Below are positions 59,712 to 64,000 of a stretch of DNA of 64,000 nt, piece after piece (within the stretch, counting starts at the first letter, position 1; every line of letters begins with the position of its first letter). The DNA is from Fidelibacterota bacterium (GTDB lineage Bacteria > Fidelibacterota > Marinisomatia > Marinisomatales > TCS55). The position numbers and the translations under genes were made by a program. Below the pieces are notes generated by a model, which made no database searches, had not been told where the DNA came from, and saw only the letters and a program-made list of their open reading frames with translations. The stretch spans positions 301,962 to 365,961 of the forward strand of contig JBJKZX010000002.1 in assembly GCA_045569015.1 (NCBI GenBank), written 5' to 3'.

Positions 59712-60412
59712 AGTTCTAATTCATTTCGTAATAATTCGCGTATAGCAATTACCTTTGCAACCTGAACTTCGTATTGTTGTTTTGCAAATTTTTGCCAGGT
59801 AAGCATATTGGATGCAAAAAACCGTATTTTATTTATATCGGGCATTTTATACAGACTAACTTTTGGAAAATTCTTGTATACTTTATTTTTAGAATTATTT
59901 TTGTCGTAAAGGTTCTCATTTGCAAAGTCGGATAAATATGGAATAATTTGATTTTGGACGAAGTTATTTTGGTAATGATCCAGTGTTTTTATAAATCCAA
60001 TATCTGTATAATATCTATGAAGTTCTATTACCAGGTCTTCATTTGATATTAAATCAGTTCTTCCAGAATTTTTTAATGCCATATATTCTTCATCATTATG
60101 AACAAAAATGGTTGCAATCATCATCGCAGATAGGTCCTTCTCAAAATCGTTATTGATACTTTCAAGCGTTGGATTGCTATCGCACCACTTAATAACGTTT
60201 GTTGAGCCCTGAATACCTCTTTCGTATGCATTGATATTCCATGATCCATCTGAGGAGTCAGCAACCAGATTATCGTATAATCTTCTAAGTATTTTTGTAT
60301 TTTGCTCTTTCTGGTCCTTTTCTTTTACGATACTATCAATTGAAAGAGATCCGCTAAGGCCTAATAAAACAGCTAAAAATTCAATCCCTCCTCTTGCAAA
60401 TGCATTCTTCAA
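59708..60412 (-). CDS. ARGG-EF anchor family paralog 8
   Basis: 234 aa, TTG start, MKNAFARGGIEFLAVLLGLSGSLSID. TTGA overlap with the SixA-like gene stop. Confidence 0.78.
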   Translation of the reverse strand: MKNAFARGGIEFLAVLLGLSGSLSIDSIVKEKDQKEQNTKILRRLYDNLVADSSDGSWNINAYERGIQGSTNVIKWCDSNPTLESINNDFEKDLSAMMIATIFVHNDEEYMALKNSGRTDLISNEDLVIELHRYYTDIGFIKTLDHYQNNFVQNQIIPYLSDFANENLYDKNNSKNKVYKNFPKVSLYKMPDINKIRFFASNMLTWQKFAKQQYEVQVAKVIAIRELLRNELEL

Positions 60413-60909
60413 TGGGATAACTCAAGGTTTTTAGGTTGCTGATGCCATTCTAGCTCACCATTAAAAAATTGTACCTGTGTCCATAGACCAACATTGAAAT
60501 TTACTTTTGCCATATTTGCAGTAGTAAAGTTGATATAGTTTTTGTTTGTAGCTTTTGAAATGAAAGATGAAAAATTGGGTTCATGCCCAACAAGGCAAAT
60601 TGAATTATAAATATTATCCTGACTATGAATTAGTCCTAGCAAATAATCTGGTGAACCACCATATATACCTCTTTCTAGAATTAGTCTTGATTTCCATTGT
60701 GCATTATCGATCGCTAATTGGACTGTAGTGTGGGCACGGACCGCTGTTGAAGAAATAATAAGTTCAGGAACTTGGTTTTTATCTGCTAAAAATTTTCCCA
60801 TTTTTTTAGCAGCTCTAATTCCTCTTTTATTTAAAGGCCTATCGTGATCAGTTCCATAGCTTGCACTCCAATCGGATTTACCATGTCTAAATAAAGTAAC
60901 TGATTTCAT
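60409..60909 (-). CDS. Histidine phosphatase superfamily protein (SixA-like)
   Basis: 166 aa with LFRHGKS (the RHG catalytic motif), a second His in LVGHEPN, and a size typical of SixA. Confidence 0.75.
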   Translation of the reverse strand: MKSVTLFRHGKSDWSASYGTDHDRPLNKRGIRAAKKMGKFLADKNQVPELIISSTAVRAHTTVQLAIDNAQWKSRLILERGIYGGSPDYLLGLIHSQDNIYNSICLVGHEPNFSSFISKATNKNYINFTTANMAKVNFNVGLWTQVQFFNGELEWHQQPKNLELSH

Positions 60910-60995
60910 GATATTAAAGTAATAATAAAATTAGCTAGATAAGAAATCCTTAGTTTGGTTAGTATATATATTTATTTTTAATTTTACATATACCA

Positions 60996-61001
60996 AAGGA
61001 G
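60996..61001 (+). promoter_or_regulatory. Shine-Dalgarno-like site (AAGGAG) for the OMP gene
   Basis: AAGGAG lies 6 nt upstream of the ATG at 61008. A similar AAGGAAG precedes greA. Confidence 0.5.
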
Positions 61002-61007
61002 TTAATT

Positions 61008-61610
61008 ATGAAAAAACTTAGTTTAATATTTTTATTATTTATTTCAACGGCATTTTCACAGCTAAGAGTTGGTCTGGATGTTTCTCGAACCTCAGATATT
61101 TCGGTTAAATGGATGGGTATGGAAGAGGGAGAAAAAGGTTCGCCTGATGGAATGGGCCTTACTCTTGGTTACGAAAAAACACTTCTTCTTAGCTTAATCG
61201 GAGTTGGGGCTGAATACAATCTATCCGTTGGAGGAGGTGATGATCACGCTGATGAAGGTGACGATCATGATCATGATCACGGAGACGGTGATGATCACGA
61301 CGATGAAGGCGGAGTCGGTGGTCCAGGTAATTTTGCTTTTGTCTATGGTGTTGCAAAGCTTCCTGTCGGTTTTCCGATGGTTCGCGGTATTGTTCGTTTG
61401 GGAACCACTCTAGCGCATCAAGAAGAGGGACTTAAGGGCGGTTTATCTTACGGTTTAGGTGTAAGAGTTAAGCCTCCAATATTACCCGTAGGAGTTGAAG
61501 CGCACTATACTATGCACAACTTTGAACCTGACAATACAGATTTTCCATCAGGTGCAGAAGTATCAGCGAGCTATAGCTCTGTAAATCTAACTGTGACATA
61601 CAAATTCTAG
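61008..61610 (+). CDS. Small outer-membrane beta-barrel protein with His/Asp-rich loop
   Basis: 200 aa with a signal peptide (AFSQ), alternating-hydrophobic beta strands and a C-terminal ...NLTVTYKF. The insert GGGDDHADEGDDHDHDHGDGDDHDDEGG lies at residues 76-102. Confidence 0.7.
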   Translation: MKKLSLIFLLFISTAFSQLRVGLDVSRTSDISVKWMGMEEGEKGSPDGMGLTLGYEKTLLLSLIGVGAEYNLSVGGGDDHADEGDDHDHDHGDGDDHDDEGGVGGPGNFAFVYGVAKLPVGFPMVRGIVRLGTTLAHQEEGLKGGLSYGLGVRVKPPILPVGVEAHYTMHNFEPDNTDFPSGAEVSASYSSVNLTVTYKF

Positions 61611-61628
61611 TATAATTTATATAGAAAT

Positions 61629-61664
61629 AAAAAACCCAACTCAATCTAATTAGTTGGGTTTTTT
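61629..61664. terminator. Bidirectional rho-independent terminator between convergent genes
   Basis: AAAAAACCCAACT-(10-nt loop)-AGTTGGGTTTTTT is a perfect 13-bp stem including the flanking A/T runs. The right arm also encodes the last residues (KNPTN) of the minus-strand gene. Confidence 0.75.
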
Positions 61665-62404
61665 ATTTCTACCTTTTCTGCTATCAATTGGCATTTTTCC
61701 GCATCAGTTTTTTCTACCATTCCAAGAAATACCTTCTTCCCTTTCTCGTCTTTGCGATCATACCGTCTATACAGTCCTTTTGGAGAAACGCCTGTTAGGG
61801 CTTTTAGAAATACGCAAGATGCTAAATATACCCCAACCGGAGATGGGTGTTTATTGTCGCTTGTAAATAATGAAATACTCGGGTATTCCTTTTGAAATAA
61901 TCGAAAGGCTGTACCTACCGGCACTACAATAATATCTTCAGACACTAAAGGGTTTAAGGCTTCTTGAATTGGATCTATACCTGGGTATTGCTTTCCATCC
62001 ATTAGTGGGACTGGCCATGTCCCATATAGATATACCTCAACGTCTTTTTTCTTTAATAGTTTAATAAATTTTTTAAAATAGCTCAATGACTCTTCTGTTT
62101 TCATTACAGGATTTGTACTGTAATCCTGTAACACAACTTTAGAAAATGATTTTTTTTGAATTAAAGATCGCGTCGAAAGCTTTCTCTTTCCGCTCCAATG
62201 ATCCTTTAAGCTCGCGCCCCCTGCAGTGGATTGAGAGACATCTAAAGGAATGCCTTTTTCTTTAGCCATTGATTCAACGACTAAAGGCAGATTGAAATAA
62301 AATGTAAAACTGTTTCCTATAAACAATACTTCTTCGGGTTCGCTCTTTTGCGCATTAACAAGAATGAATAGAAATAAAAACCCTATATAGCGAATGTGTT
62401 TCAT
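61646..62404 (-). CDS. SGNH/GDSL-like hydrolase (DUF4886-like), secreted
   Basis: 252 aa with a signal peptide and VLFIGNSFTFY (block I Ser) followed by GGASLKDHW. The family call is from memory. Confidence 0.55.
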   Translation of the reverse strand: MKHIRYIGFLFLFILVNAQKSEPEEVLFIGNSFTFYFNLPLVVESMAKEKGIPLDVSQSTAGGASLKDHWSGKRKLSTRSLIQKKSFSKVVLQDYSTNPVMKTEESLSYFKKFIKLLKKKDVEVYLYGTWPVPLMDGKQYPGIDPIQEALNPLVSEDIIVVPVGTAFRLFQKEYPSISLFTSDNKHPSPVGVYLASCVFLKALTGVSPKGLYRRYDRKDEKGKKVFLGMVEKTDAEKCQLIAEKVEIKNPTN

Positions 62405-62460
62405 GATTATTTTCTTTCACACAATTTATAAATTTGAATAATAAAAACTAGGCAAACATA

Positions 62461-64000
62461 ATGAAAAAAATTATAGCTATATCACTTTTTTCTTTTTTAA
62501 TCAGCTGCACAACTGACGCCAGTAAAACGTTTAAGATTGATTATGAGATGTTTGAACTTGATAATGGACTTACCGTAATCATGCACCAAGATAAATCAGA
62601 CCCTTTGGTTGCTATGGCAACCGTTGTTCATGTTGGTTCGAACAGAGAAAAACCAGGAAGAACTGGTTTTGCGCATTTCTTTGAGCATGTTTCCTTCACA
62701 GCTTCTGAAAATACTCCAAGAGGCGCTCATAGATTATTGATACCCACATGGGGCGGTCAAAGAAACGGTGGTACTAGTTTTGATTTTACTTATTATTATG
62801 GAGTTGTACCCAAAGATGCCATGGAAAAACTAGCATGGGTAACCTCTGATATGCTGGGGTTTGTTCTAAATACCGTTGACGAGCAAACTCTTGAGGGTGA
62901 AAAACAGGTTGTAAAGAATGAGAAGCGTCAGCGAGTCGACAATCAACCCTATGGCCATAGCAGGGGAATTATTCTTAAGGCAATGTATCCCAAGGGGCAT
63001 CCGTACAGTTGGTCTGTAATTGGCGATTTAGAAGATTTACAAGCAGCTACAATAGATGATGTTAAAGAATTTTATAATGAGTTTTATGGGCCAAGCAATA
63101 CCACCTTAGTTATAGCCGGCGATATCGAATTCAAAGAAACTAAACAAGTTGTTGAAAGATGGTTTGGGGAAATTAAACCATCGATGAATCTGACCGATGA
63201 TCCGAAGCCGCAATTAGTAACATTAGAAAAATCAAAAAAATTATACCATCTAGATAAATTTGCAAAACTTCCAGAACTGCGGATAGTATACCCAACGATT
63301 CAGAATTATCATCCTGATGCCTATGCACTTAATACATTAGCCGACCTGCTATCTGATGGCAAAAATTCACCATTTTACAAAGAAATTGTTGAGAATCAAA
63401 AAATAGCCCCTTCAGCTTCAGCCTCGAACTATTCTTCTGAGATTTCTGGAGAATTCACTATGCGAGTCAGAACAAATCCAAATGTAAGTCTTGATGCAGT
63501 TTATAAAGCAATTAATACGGCTTTGGAAAACTTTGAAAATAACGGCATCAATGATAATGATTTACTGAGGATCAAGGCAGGTCAGGAAACTGCATTCTAT
63601 AATGGAATTTCAACTAATTTAAATAAAGCACTTCAGCTTGGACTTTACAATGAATATGCTGGCGATCCGGGATTTATTGGTCAAGACATAAAAAACATAC
63701 TCAATGTTTCAAAACAAGATGTCCAACGTGTTTATAATAAATATATAAAAAACAAAAACGCTATCTATCTTAGTGTCGTGCCTGAAAATCAATTAGAGTT
63801 AATATTGTCAGGATCGGAGGAAGCATACATTAAAGAAGAGAAAGTTGTTCAAGGCGCTGAAAAACAATTTCAAATGAAATACGGAGAAGAAAGTGCAGAC
63901 TTTGATAAAACTCCTACTATTTATGATCGCTCAGAGCCAGAATTAGGCGAACTACCTCTTCTTGAAGTTCCTGAAGTATGGAGAAGCAGTCTGTCAAACG
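62461..64000 (+). CDS. M16-family (pitrilysin/insulinase) zinc peptidase lipoprotein, 3' end beyond window
   Basis: My translation is MKKIIAISLFSFLISCTTD...GFAHFFEHVSF (inverted HxxEH zinc motif)...VVKNEKRQR. The frame stays open to the window end. Confidence 0.85.
   Translation, partial: MKKIIAISLFSFLISCTTDASKTFKIDYEMFELDNGLTVIMHQDKSDPLVAMATVVHVGSNREKPGRTGFAHFFEHVSFTASENTPRGAHRLLIPTWGGQRNGGTSFDFTYYYGVVPKDAMEKLAWVTSDMLGFVLNTVDEQTLEGEKQVVKNEKRQRVDNQPYGHSRGIILKAMYPKGHPYSWSVIGDLEDLQAATIDDVKEFYNEFYGPSNTTLVIAGDIEFKETKQVVERWFGEIKPSMNLTDDPKPQLVTLEKSKKLYHLDKFAKLPELRIVYPTIQNYHPDAYALNTLADLLSDGKNSPFYKEIVENQKIAPSASASNYSSEISGEFTMRVRTNPNVSLDAVYKAINTALENFENNGINDNDLLRIKAGQETAFYNGISTNLNKALQLGLYNEYAGDPGFIGQDIKNILNVSKQDVQRVYNKYIKNKNAIYLSVVPENQLELILSGSEEAYIKEEKVVQGAEKQFQMKYGEESADFDKTPTIYDRSEPELGELPLLEVPEVWRSSLSN

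Noticed and set aside
38033-60909. Possible integrative genomic island inserted at the tRNA-Met (the accessory-looking block starts 29 nt after the tRNA).
   Set aside because: I saw no integrase, recombinase, transposase or plasmid/phage genes, and no direct repeat of the tRNA 3' end at the far boundary. It may still be a hypervariable surface-protein island, but the sequence does not support mobility.

Overview
AT-rich, very gene-dense 64-kb bacterial window. Many neighbouring genes overlap by 4 nt at stop/start (ATGA, GTGA, TTGA), and about 90% of genes lie on the minus strand. A SusC/SusD pair and three large secreted proteins ending in a T9SS-type C-terminal sorting domain (NYPNPFNP...ILLK) suggest an FCB-group (Bacteroidota-related) bacterium; a marine, streamlined lifestyle is my inference only. 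Three blocks stand out. (1) 1-37.9 kb is mostly housekeeping: greA, murA, recN, nnr, acpS, trkAH, nhaC, secG-tpiA-pgk, gdhA, tRNA-Ser and tRNA-Leu. It also holds a SusCD locus with no visible glycoside hydrolases, joined to a DASS transporter, an FGase-like amidohydrolase and a tightly coupled DUF1611-GGT-dipeptide epimerase operon. (2) 38.0-60.9 kb starts right after a tRNA-Met and is the accessory-looking region. Eight divergent paralogs of a ~225-250 aa single-pass membrane protein share the N-terminus MKNxLARGG[IV]EF[IL]AVLLGI. They form two translationally coupled arrays flanking a 2152-aa and a 1534-aa T9SS cargo protein, a tail-fibre-like secreted protein, an MscS-family channel, a BNR/Ycf48-like protein, two homologous 2-TM microproteins and a small GIY-YIG protein. 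This is my best candidate for an undescribed system, but its function cannot be read from the sequence. (3) 60.9-64 kb holds a small beta-barrel OMP with a His/Asp-rich loop, an SGNH-like hydrolase and a partial M16 peptidase. I saw no CRISPR array, integrase, transposase, rRNA or recognisable defence system. All product calls rest on motif recognition by eye, with no searches run. The ORF track writes M for alternative start codons too, so several starts are GTG or TTG.
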